This document shows, piece after piece, positions 34,981 through 47,126 of a DNA stretch of 64,000 nt (position 1 is the first letter of the stretch; the number at the start of each line of letters is the position of its first letter). The position numbers and the translations under genes were made by a program. The stretch spans positions 855,262-919,261 of the forward strand of contig NW_018407519.1 in the NCBI RefSeq assembly GCF_002113885.1. The letters are read 5' to 3'. This DNA comes from Mizuhopecten yessoensis. Its lineage: Eukaryota. The notes beneath the pieces were generated by a model. That model saw only the letters and a program-made list of their open reading frames with translations. It did no database searches and was not told the origin of the DNA.

Positions 34981-34999
34981 AATGCAAAATCCTCAATTC

Positions 35000-36800
35000 C
35001 TGTTGATGAATAACGGCAAACATTGAATACCAGGTTTTTAAGGTGGACAAGGAAAGAAAACACTGAATACATGTTTAAACGGTTGAATGGGAGGGGGAGG
35101 GGGGCAAACACTGTTTTAAAGGGGGGGGGATAGAACAGCACACAGTCAGTAGGAATTTTTAAGGTGGAAAAGATCGGTAAACACTAAATACCTTTTTTCT
35201 AAGGTGGATAGGAGGGCAAACATTTCCCTTTTTGTAAGGTGGAAAAAGTAGACAAACAATCAATACCTGTTCTTTGAGATGTAAAAGGAGGGCAAACACT
35301 CAATGCCTGTTAATCAATACCTGTTCTTTGAGATGTGAAATCTTTTTTAGATATTAAAGGAGGGCAAACACGTAATACCAGCTTTTTGAGATGTAAAAGG
35401 AGGGCAAACACATAATTCCAGTATTTTTTCAATGTAAAATTAGGGCAAACATTCCATACTATTTTTTGGATGATGTAAAAGAAGGACAAACACTCAACAC
35501 TAGTTTTTTTTTTTTTAGATTTAGGAGGAGGTCAAACACTCAACACTAGTTTTTATTAGATTTAGAAGGAGGGCAAACACACAATACCAGTTTTGAGAGA
35601 TGTAAAAGAGGGCAAACAATCAATACCAGTTTTCGAGATGTAAAAGGAGGGCAAACATTAAAAACCAGTTTTTTGAGATGTACAAGGAGGGCAAACACTA
35701 AATGCTTGTTCTATAAGATGGAATAGGAGGGCAAACACTCAAAGCTTGTTCTATAAGATGAAATAGGAGGACAAAAAACCAATGCTTGTTCTATAAGCTG
35801 GAATAGGAGGGCATAAACCCAATGCTTGTTCTATAAGATGGAATAGGAGGGCAAAAACCCAATGCTTGTTCTATAAGATGGAATAGGAGGGCAAAAAACA
35901 ATGCTTGTTCTATAAGATGGAATAGGAGGACAAACACTCAATGCTTGTTCTATAAGATGGAATAGGAGGGCAAATATTCAAAACCATTTTTTTGAGATTT
36001 AAAAGGCGGGCAAACACTAAATGCTTGTTCTATAAGATGGAATAGGAGGACAAAAATTCAATGCTTGTTCTATAAGATGGAATAGGAGGGCATAAACCCA
36101 ATGCTTGTTCTATAAGATGGAATAAGAGGGCAAAATAACAATGCTTGTTCTATAAGATGGAATAGGAGGGCAAAAAACAATGCTTGTTCGATAAGATGGA
36201 ATGGGAGGACAAACATTCAAAACCAGTTTTTTTGAGATGTAAAAGGAGGGCAAACACTAAGTGCTTGTTCTATAAGATGGAATAGGAGGACAAAAACTCA
36301 ATGCTTGTTCTATAAGATGGAATAGGAGGGCAAAAACTCAATGCTTGTTCTATAAGATGGAATATGAGGGCATAAACCCAATGCTTGTTCTATAAGATGG
36401 AATATGAGGGCAAAAAAACAATGCTTGTTCTATAAGATGGAATAGGAGGGGAAAAAAACAATGCTTGTTCTATAAGATGGGGTAGGAGGGCAAAAGACCA
36501 ATGCTTGTTTTATAAGATGGAATAGGAGGGCAAAAACCCAATGCTTGTTCTATAAGATGGAATAGGAGGGCAAAAAACCAATGCTTGTCTATAAGATGGA
36601 ATAGGAGGACAAACACTCAATGCTTGTTCTATAAGATGGAATAAGAGGACAAACACTCAATGCTTGTTCTATAAGATGGTATAGGAGGGCAAAAACTCAA
36701 TGCTTGTTCTTTAAGATGGGGTAGGAGAGCAAACACTTAATTCTCTTTTCCCCCTCAGATCGGATAGGACGGCAAATACTGAATGTTTGTATTCAAAGTT
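35000..36800. repeat. ~40-bp tandem satellite, sub-array A
   Basis: ATGCTTGTTCTATAAGATGGAATAGGAGGGCAAAAACCCA units, homogeneous at 35700-36720 and degenerate toward 35000. Confidence 0.92.
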
Positions 36801-37344
36801 TGAAATAGCTCCTGCTTTTGAAGAGAGATGCAACCACAACAACTAAATCCTGCTTATAAGGTGGATATAAGGATATGAGGGGCAAACACTTCATACATGT
36901 TAGACAGTAGAATGCATGAGATCAAAAACGTAATGCCTATTTACACGGGCAAAATGTCAATATCTGTAAGGAAGGATACGAGGACAAACACCAAATATAT
37001 AAGGTGTTTTACGAAGGCTTACATTCAATAGCTGCTTTAAGTTTGGATAGGAGAAACAGACTCATTAAATATTTATTAGGTGGGATAGGACGACAACAAC
37101 TCACCGACAAGAAAGCAAACACGACGGTAAATACTCAGTGTTTAAGGACGGCGGACAAACTCTCAATACTTGTTCATTAGAAACAAGTTAGGGCAAAACG
37201 TATCGATGTTTAGCTACATTACGAGGTAAACATCTTAATACATTTTTTAAAAGAAAAAATAAGGGCAATAAGGGCAAGTTCCCATCACCAGTTGATAAAG
37301 ACTGATACATTGTGAAATCCTTTAAACCGATTATGAAGACGGAA

Positions 37345-39175
37345 ACAAGAGCAAACATTCAAGACCTGGTTATAAAGAAGGATTAGAGGGCAAACATTCA
37401 GTACCTGGTCAGTAAGAATTATAAGAGGGCAAACATTCAAAACCTGGTTATAAAGAAGGATAAGAGGGCAAACATTCAGTACCTGGTAATAAAGAAGGAT
37501 TAGAGAGCAAACATTTAATACCTGGTTATAAAGAAGGATTAGAGGGCAAACATTCAGTACCTGGTTATAAAGAAGGATAAGAGGGCAAACATTCAGTACC
37601 TGGTAATAAAGAAGGATAAGAGGGCAAACATTCAGTACCTGGTAATAAAGAAGGATTAGAGAGCAAACATTTAATACCTGGTTATAAAGAAGGATTAGAG
37701 GGCAAACATTCAGTACCTGGTTATAAAGAAGGATAAGAGGGCAAACATTCAGTACCTGGTAATAAAGAAGGATAAGAGGGCAAACATTCAGTACCTGGTA
37801 ATAAAGAAGGATTAGAGAGCAAACATTTAATACCTGGTTATAAAGAAGGATTAGAGGGCAAACATTCAGTACCTGGTTATAAAGAAGGATAAGAGGGCAA
37901 ACATTCAGTACCTGGTAATAAAGAAGGATAAGAGGGCAAACATTCAGTACCTGGTAATAAAGAAGGATAAGAGGGCAAACATTCAGTATCTGGTTATAAA
38001 GAATGATAAGAGGGCAAACATTCAGTACCTGGTTATTAAGAGGGATAAGAGGGCAAACATTTAGTACCTGGTTATTAAGAGGGATAAGAGGGCAAACATT
38101 CAGTACCTGGTAATAAAAAAGGATTAGAGAGCAAACATTTGATACCTGGTTATAAAGAAGGATAAGAGGGCAAACATTCAGAACCTGGTAATAAAGAAGG
38201 ATAAAAGGGCAAACTTTCAGAACCGGGTAATAAAGAAGGTTAAGAGGGCAAACAGTCAGTACATGTACCTGATTAAAAAGAAGGATTAGGGGGCAAACAT
38301 TCTATACCTGGTAATAAAGAAGGATAAAAGAACACATATTCAGTACCTGGTTATAAAGAAGGATTAGAGGACAAACATTTAGTACCTGGTTATTAAGAGG
38401 GATAAGAGGACAAACATTCAGTACCTGGTTAGAAAGAAGGATAAGAGGGCAAACAGTCAGTACCTTATTAAAAAGAAGGATTAGAAGGCAAACATTCGAT
38501 ACTTGTTATAAAGAAGGATTAGAGGACAAACATTCAGAACAAGGTAAAAAAGAAGGTTAAGAGGTCAAACAGTCAGTATCCGATTAAAAAGAAGGATTAG
38601 AGGGCAAACATTCGATACCTTGTTATAAAGAAAGATGAGGGGGAAAACATTCAGTACCTGTTTATAAAGAGGGATAAGAGGGCAAACATTCAGTACCTGG
38701 TTATAAAGAGGGATAAGAGGGCAAACAATAAGTACCTGCTTATAAAGAAAGGTGAGAGGGCAAACATTCAGTACCTGTTTATAAAGAGGGATAAGAGGGC
38801 AAACATTCAGTACCTGGTTATAAAGAGGGATAAGAGGGCAAACATTCAGTACCTGGTTAGAAAGAAGGATAAGAAGGAAAATATTTAGTACCTGGTTATT
38901 AAGAGGGATAAGAGGGCAAACATTTAGTACCTGGTTATTAAGAGGGATAAGAGGGCAAACATTCAGTACCTGGTTAGAAAGAAGTATAAGAGGACAAATA
39001 TTCACTACCTGGTTAAAAAGAAGGATAAGAGGCAAACATTCAGTACCTGGTATTAAAAAAGGATAAGAGAGAAAATATTTAGTACCTGGTTATTAAGAGG
39101 GATAAGGGGGCAAACATTCAGTACCTGGTTATTAAGAGGGATAAGAGGGCAAACATTCAGTACCTGGTTATTAGG
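37345..39175. repeat. 39-bp tandem satellite, sub-array B (~47 copies), with a 156-bp higher-order block
   Basis: GAGGGCAAACATTCAGTACCTGGTTATAAAGAAGGATAA units; variant GAGCAAACATTTAATAC at 37505, 37661 and 37817. Confidence 0.95.
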
Positions 39176-39893
39176 AGAAACACGAGGGTATATAATCATA
39201 CTTGATAATATGAATGCAACTATAGCAAAAATAAGAATGATTTGAGGGCAACAACGTTATACCTTTTTATAAAGAGAGTTGGGAGTACAAACCATTCAAT
39301 TCGAAGGATACGAGGGGAAATACCTCTTCCTGTATTATAAGGACTATAAGGATGGATCCGAGGGGAAAAACGTTTATATAAAGAGGGATTCGAAGGCAAA
39401 CATTCATTAGGTCGCTTCTGGTTTATATTTGTTGTTATGATATACTAGACCGTAATTGGCGACTACCTGGTGTATGTTTGATACACTGCTGAACTCAATA
39501 CACCCGAGTGAGATCCTATCATTGACTCCGTGTAGTGAGAGGGCGTGGCTATAGGTATTGTATGCTCTATACATACTCGTGTATCAGAACCTACCGATCA
39601 GAGCCGATCTGGATAGTGTCAACTCGGGACGGGTGCCAACACTAAGTCATATACATCGAGCCTACCATTTCCCGTTTAAGTTTGTGTGACGTTTTTACAT
39701 TTACGAACTTTGTAACGGTAATGTTTGATATTACTACAACGTTGTTTCATTATTGGACAAAATACGATACTGTTCGGACCCAGCTGTGCAGTGTTAATCA
39801 ATAACTTCAAATTTCTTAATCGGACCAACACTTGCTTGAACGTATTGGTGACATCAGTTTCCCCCACTTAAAGTGGGCGCGCTAGGAAGGGAA

Positions 39894-40571
39894 ATGACGG
39901 AGGCGGAAAACTGTGATGCTAATTTCGATGAAGTATTTAAAAAATTCGACGAAATCCAATTTAGTAGGCGAAATATTGAGGACTTATCGTTACACACTAT
40001 TCCTACTGGGTCACATGAATTCCAAAAAGTGTTGTGGACCTGCGAGGACACAGAGAAACAAAACAAAAATGAGGAGGAGGTAACCTTCAGACAACGAAGT
40101 CATACAATAGACAGTACATATGGGAAACCCAAGAAACATCATGTGCATTTTTCATCACGTTTGGAGACTAAACCCGTTAACATGGGATCCAACGAAAGCA
40201 TTGATGGCACGCGCCATGGTATACTCCTACGACATAACAGCAATTCGTTTGGTAGAGAGAGGAGTAACACTATAGATTCTGTTTATAAAAAGGAGAAGTT
40301 CTTCACTATTCCACAGAATTCTAGGGTTCACCACTCGTCATCTGATTCCATAGAGGAGGAGCAGACGACAGGTGATAAACAATCTCAAAGTGTTCAGTGT
40401 TCTAACCGCAAAACCAGTGTCGGTGATAAAAAGAGTTCCAGAAGTGTTGGAGGAAGGAGTCCTGTATCGTCATCCCACAGAAAAACAAGCTCAGGAGAGT
40501 CACCTTTATCTCGAACTAATATCGGATCTCCACAACGGAAACATTCTCAGAGTAGTCATCGAGTCCACTGA
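39894..40571 (+). CDS. Uncharacterised intronless ORF, 225 aa, Ser/Arg/Lys-rich and probably disordered
   Basis: 678-nt non-repetitive open frame in AT-rich DNA; protein-like composition; duplicated RxRSxTIDSxYxK motif; GGGCGTGGC box at 39541; AATAAA at 40812. Confidence 0.7.
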   Translation: MTEAENCDANFDEVFKKFDEIQFSRRNIEDLSLHTIPTGSHEFQKVLWTCEDTEKQNKNEEEVTFRQRSHTIDSTYGKPKKHHVHFSSRLETKPVNMGSNESIDGTRHGILLRHNSNSFGRERSNTIDSVYKKEKFFTIPQNSRVHHSSSDSIEEEQTTGDKQSQSVQCSNRKTSVGDKKSSRSVGGRSPVSSSHRKTSSGESPLSRTNIGSPQRKHSQSSHRVH

Positions 40572-42784
40572 AGCTGTTGTCCAATAGGTTACTACAAATC
40601 ATACATGTAGAGTTTGTTATCGTGACCGGTATGACGCACATGGTCACAGCGTTATTGAAGAGAGGGAACTTATCGGATGGATTAAGGATTGTCTCTAGTT
40701 GTCTCGCAGCGATTGAAGTATGTGCCCATATCATTACTAACATAATACGTTGCTAGGTCAAAGTCTATACAACACACGCAAAAATTGCAGATGTAACAGA
40801 ACATCGCAGGTAATAAAAACATGTTTTAGATATTAAAGGTAATTTGCAATAACTGGATTTCGTTGTTTAAGAAGAATATGGAAGTACATTTGATAATTCT
40901 GATTATGAATGAATCAAATAAGATATACTTTGTTACTATGTTTTTAATATATTTTTAATTAAACTAACACATGAACTATATTTTATGTACGAAATCCGCC
41001 TTTTTTGTCGTGTTGTCTCTAGTTTTATGTGTACATGCAGTTTTAAAATTTTGATGTGTTTGCTTCAGAATATATATACACTTCGTTGCAAATGGATAAT
41101 TAAAAATCACGAGAATGTGTTGAAAACATTTGATATAGCTGGTTTATCGTGTAATCAATACCACACGTACAGGTACATCCTAGTGTGTATTTTTTCAGCT
41201 TGAGAGCACTCTGTAAACTACTTTGGAGGTTAACTTATTTTAAGTAACTTCGCATTAAGTCGTATGTTTAAATAGAACAAAGTTAAATAAAGCGTAAGTA
41301 ACGCATTCACCGCAACGTGTCCGGCATGTAAATACACAATCAGAAAATATAACAAGTTGATTCAAGTGCTTCGCAGTCCCACAAAGATTTGGTTACTGTA
41401 ATCAATGCTGTTCTGGTCTAAATAATAACACTTTGAGACGTGCCAAATCCGAACTCATTGAGGTCAGTGTTTTTAACTGACGCCCATGCGACGACCAGTA
41501 ATAATATATTGAAAGGTAATGTATATACGGATGTCTTATGATTTCCCGTTAAATATTATTTATATGTCGCCAATGTGACAAAACACTTTTTACACGAACA
41601 ACGACATCACTGAAAACATTGTTCAAAGGATACTGCCATTTAAATGGAAAAAATGACAACTGTTACAATTTCTGTTCATTACATTCTCAAAACTTTAAAA
41701 CGAAGAAAATGATCATGTGAAAAAAATGGGAGTGCTTCAGAGATATCAGGTTATAAACGACTGTATGTAGTAGTGTGATTCATGTTTTGCATGTTGTACC
41801 TATTACTAATTACATAAGTGCTATATCACGTGTGTGTTTACGTTAATCTCTACGATATTGGATTTCTATGCCATTACAATCAACGACAATGTCGATCACA
41901 TACATTTAAAATTTTCTTAATGGAACGGACGGGTTTTTTATTCCATAAAAACTGACGCCAAAGGATGATTTTTCAGTAGTTTAAAACACTATTCTCATAT
42001 TTCTCACTGCGGTGGATTTAACACATTTATTCAATGAATAAATCCATAATAATATTTTACTGGAAAGATGGTAACACAATTTAATGATAAATAAAAGTAA
42101 TGCCTGTCATGTTGTATGTAGTATATGAAATAAATACTGAATACCATATACTAAAAGATAAGAAAAATATGTTTTGTGTTGCAGCCAACAGTTGTTCATT
42201 TGTAACGTTTACATTGTTGCTGTGTACGACTTTCGCTGCTGTATTTTCACCTATCACTCTGTGTCAAGTTTGGGAACGATTTGACCTTTAGTAACACCGA
42301 TGAGCCTTTCACCTTTTTGACCCCTGGCACCACCAATATGTCCAAGAACAACGATCAGTTGTATGTTGCAATGCTGTTCATTTTTGACACAATATATCAC
42401 CTACCATATTTAATAGGTGCAAAAACAGGTGTATCTTACGTTCATTGTTCTAGCGGTTAATTGGTTAATGCATGTATATCGATGAATTAAGTATATGTTT
42501 TCAATGTTGAATGAACTTTGATAATTTGCAACATTTCGAAAGGACTTTACTTTCATTTAGAAATGGTATAAAAATTTGACGGGAATTAATTATCTAATCC
42601 TTTCTAATATAAACCAAACTCGACTAATCCCCATTTTTTCTCATGAAGTGCATATTTTGTTAATTTCCTTTTTTGTTCTATTTGTACTTTATTTCGTTGC
42701 AAACAATGGTAAGATATCGTTTGCAGCGACATACTTACTAATTTAAAAGTAAGCAAGTTTCTAATAATGATTTGATTTGTGTAC

Positions 42785-42797
42785 ACGTCACTTCCGG
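42785..42797 (-). promoter_or_regulatory. Overlapping ETS-CRE composite motif (CCGGAAGTGACGT)
   Basis: ACGTCACTTCCGG on the plus strand, ~100 bp upstream of the ATG at 42896. Confidence 0.45.
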
Positions 42798-42895
42798 TAT
42801 AGAAAACAAAATTATTTCGAAATATCAACAAAAACTGTAATACGACCTCAAAATCGATACAACTAAGGCAATATATGAACCAAGAAAAGTTTAAC

Positions 42896-43096
42896 ATGGA
42901 GACCCCTGAAACGGCACAAGGAGAATATGACCAGATATTCCGGAATGTTAAGTGTCTTCTGCTTAATCGACGACAACTGCCTACAAAAATGATGTCACGT
43001 CCTCACGTCGATAATTGGGTAGTGACAGCAAAACCAGCGACCTTCATATCACGTAGAGAAGTAGGTCTGCTCGGAAAAGTAATATTTGAATTGTGA
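42896..43096 (+). CDS. Putative small protein (66 aa) or first coding exon; N-terminus resembles ORF 39894
   Basis: Strong context AACATGG; METPETAQGEYDQIFRNVKCLLLNRRQL...; upstream ETS-CRE motif. Confidence 0.4.
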   Translation: METPETAQGEYDQIFRNVKCLLLNRRQLPTKMMSRPHVDNWVVTAKPATFISRREVGLLGKVIFEL

Positions 43097-46000
43097 TTGT
43101 AACTTTAACTTCCGACGAAAACGTCCTTGAAATCACCATTTGAATTTTATACACTTGTCCGCAGTTTCACACGTTTTTGAAAAACAGACATTATTGTAGG
43201 TGACAGAGTAATGAACACCTTTTTCAATTTGAGCTTGCCTGTCTGTGGAGAAGTATGTAATAATAAATTCCGGCATTTCATTGAATAGTTATAGGGGAAA
43301 GAACTGTCAATAATTATTTTAACAATCACGTACAATTGACCTTCTTAAAACAAAATTAACCATCCTTACACACTCTTTTACTGTTTTGCTACAAAAACTT
43401 GAATATTTGTCCAAGTAAACGGTTCGTTTTAAAATCGTTATATCTTTTTGTGAGTCATCTTTTCGGATACATGAGAAAGTCAAGCAACTGACTGCCGTTA
43501 CTTTCTGTGTTCTGTTTCTGCTCCTTTGCTAGTATATTCTTATATATTTATTATCAATACTGTTTTTCGCAACAAAAACGTCAACAATGCATGTGTCTAT
43601 CAATATTAAACGGCCAGTAAGATCTTAATATAGCCTACCATAAATATGCAGACACACATTTATAAATCTAATAACCTTGATCCACCAATTGTTCCACTAG
43701 CATCTACTTTCTTCTTGTTTGTAATCCTATTTGTGTTGTGCTCTGTCCCTTCTGCTAGTATTTAGTGTTTCTTACAGAGTGCATTGTTTGATTGAATCTA
43801 CGAACATACAATGTAGGTTATATTTTCATGATAGTTAAAAGACAGTAATGTAGGAGATGATGGTAGTCTGGTGAATCCAAATCCAAATAGGATAAACGAT
43901 ACAGCATTATATTACACAAGACTCAGACTTACACATTCATATATCCTATGAAAAACTAATCATAAACCATCAGCATGATAATCATTCTGTGTAAATGATT
44001 TGTATAACTAGATCACTGCCGGCAGCGGAATGGTGATTTGAATTAAACCAAACCACTGCTAATTCCAACCTGCTTTAACTCCGTCGCATCACTATGCATA
44101 AAACCATTTTTGACGGGAATGACGGAAGCTGGCGTGGATTGTCGAGGGTTTTACTGTAGCTCAAGTCATATAGGTAAAGTTAAGCCATATTTCTGTACAA
44201 ACACACAAAACCGGAACACAGACGATTGTATAATAAACAAACCTCGCGTTGATGTATACATTTAAAACGACGAATTCATACTCGAGTGTAAGAGACGGCT
44301 TTACTGGACACGTATAAATCCATGTCTTTTGTAGAGTAGGTCAGGACAGGAGGACGACTGACATTTGTTGTCCCAGGCTAATGACAGGTGCAACGTCGTA
44401 TACACAACACACGTCTGAACATAAATCAGAACTGGAATTCTGACAATTCTAAACATTTAACCTTTAGTGTTTGATCATATTGTTTGGTAGTATGTCACGT
44501 TGTAACAAGTAAATGTGACAAACCTGAATTTAAATCGTTAACTTAGTCAAACCAAAAAAGAAGAGTTTTTAAATCGCAGATCGGAGCTGCGTAACCTTGC
44601 TGAAAATTGATTAGTATTCTACACAGGGGTCTTGCCACTGACAGCTTGTTTAAACCAATATTTACATATTCATTCAATACTAAGGCCTGCTTATACGTTT
44701 AATAGACACGTACTCTGGTTGTTTGAATTACCTTTCTTTTTTTAAAGCTTAACTTTTTTCAATATTCGAAACATACCTACCATGATATCAATATCACTCA
44801 CCTGTCGCTTATAAATTATATTTTGCATTCTTTATTTGTATCTATTTTTATTGAGTTTTTGGGAAAGGGTACTTTCATTGTCTGAAACTGTAATTGATAG
44901 AAGCCTCTTTGAAGCTAACCAGTCTTACTGCGTGTTTGCCTGTGCTATCATAAAATAAATAAATGTTTTGAGTTAATGAATTGTGAGCGTGTCATATTTT
45001 CACTTTCTTACGTAGGTTAAGCGACTTACCTTGACACCTAAGGTGAGATATTGGTCGCCTATGTTTCAGTCTACATAACAATGATATACTGTCGCTAACG
45101 CATGTAGTAGAAACCATTGGAAATACTGAATATCGTAAAACCTATAAACAACATTTAATTAGGTGAGTAGTAGCATAAATAAATGTCGATACTGTTAAAT
45201 AAAATATTCACTGTTTCAAACGAATCAGAAATTATTCAATGGAATACAGATTGACTGTGTATCTAATTTTATGTCCAAAAATGGGGAGATTAAACTGTCC
45301 CCTTTAAAAGTGATATATTATGTGTACATAACTTGAATTCGAGTTTTCTGTACTGTTGCTATATATTGTCTTAATAGTATGAGTTGGAGTTCCATATATA
45401 TGTGAAGTCTGGATTAAATAAAGAGGCTTTTTTTCTGTAGAGACAGATAAGTATACAATATTGTAAGATTCCGGATTCAGTGAGGTTTCTTCGGAGTTCG
45501 ATATAACGAGATTTCTGTATTGCTCGAGTCCAGATTTAAGGAGATCATGCCGGTGTCCGGATTTAACGATAATTCTGTATATCTGTATATTTTTATAGTC
45601 CTTATCAACACACATTCCTGTATCAATAGCAAAGAAAAATAAGTTCAGGAATCTGAATTACATAACGGGTATTGTGAAAACGGTATAGCTAATACGGATC
45701 CAATTGGTAACATGTTCAAACCAAATACTTATTACCTCTTTTTCTGACGTCACAAATTGTTACGCGTTGTAAACAACATGCCGATAAAGTCTTTGTGACT
45801 GCAGTTAATGCTATAGTCAATGGCTTCGGACATGATACCATAGAATGTAAAGAACGTCCAGCGATATTGATGGGCAGTAAATAGCTCCATGAGAGCTTTC
45901 AGTCGGACACGTATATCATGAGAGGAAACAATTCTAGATTGTAGTGTTATCTTTTCAAAACGGTAATGTCCACATTTAAACTGCAATAAATGTCATTTGA

Positions 46001-46927
46001 AAGAAAGGCACCTGATAAGGTCCTTGTCAGCACTGCGCACTGGTAACTATATACGGGAAACACTCCCAGACTACCATGAAAAGAAACCTAGCAAAAATTA
46101 ATTTTCAAAAGCACTTTCAATGATGAACTTACTTTAAATAACTTTATTCCACGTGATATTGATTTTTTTAATTGATTAGCCAAGAGACTCATCTGTGAAT
46201 CTAAATCTTTCGTGAACAAGAACACATCAATAAAATCTACAAGCATAGCTCGAGAATAAATAGTAAACGCACAAATTAAAATCACTCGCCATTTAACAAG
46301 ACAGTCGGCTTCGATTCCACGATTGGACATGAACTTACAGAATGTACATTGGGGTTATTATCTATCAAACAATCGAATAATTGTGTTGAGACTCAACTCC
46401 GAAATCATTTTAAAAAAGAGCGTTATTTTGTGTTTTTTTTAACGACTCTAGCAACGCTAATCAGACTTTTGGTGATCGAGAATCAATCATTATCACACGA
46501 ACAGTAATCAAGGCAGACACACTGGAGTCACTAATGCTAACATACATTAACTTCTGTACAATTATAACGATACCGGAAGTTTCAATCGGGTACAAAACAA
46601 GTTTTGCTAAAAAAGAGGAGGAGCATTATTTCATTCTGATGATAATTTGCAATTTCTATAGATATCCTCTTACAAGAGGTCGACAAATTCAACTGATTAT
46701 GTGGACATCATACGGATACAGAGTCCGAACGCTCTGTGGTTTATCTCCAAAGTAAAAGAGCTCCAATTTACTCAACATTTTCTGAGTTGTTTGCCTATTT
46801 ACTGTAACAAAGAAATGCTGGACATCTTGATCACAAAATAGGAATCTTATCCACTGCAATTGTTTTATTATAATAAAGAGGCAATGGAATAGATTTTACC
46901 ATAAAATACATTAACGCCTTCATGCAA

Positions 46928-47126
46928 GGGCCGCGGTGGCCACGTGGTGTATGACAATCTGCTACCACTAGCCCTCCACCACTGGATCGCGGGTTCGAGG
47001 CCTACGTGGGGCAGTCGTCAGGTACTGGGTCGGTGTTTTTTCTCCGGGAAGTCCGGCTTTCCTCCACCTCCAAAACCTGGCACGTCATGACCATAGCTGT
47101 TAATAGGACGTAAAACACAAACAAAC
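46928..47126 (+). mobile_element. tRNA-derived SINE with V-type central domain
   Basis: Box A GGTGGCCACGTGG, box B GGTTCGAGGCC, TTTTCTCCGGGAAGTCCGGCTTTCCTCCA, tail GCTGTTAATAGGACGTAAAAC plus (CAAA)n. Confidence 0.85.

Noticed and set aside
38565-39035. Leu/Asn-rich 156-aa ORF resembling an LRR protein
   Set aside because: Translation of the 39-bp satellite.
35000-39175. Satellite GAGGGC cores as PLAG binding sites
   Set aside because: Most units read AGGGC rather than GRGGC and lack the downstream G-cluster at 6-8 nt.
44119-44265. Short ORF starting MTEA, like ORF 39894
   Set aside because: Similarity stops after four residues, and the sequence runs into a GAGGGTTTTACTGTA MITE-like end.
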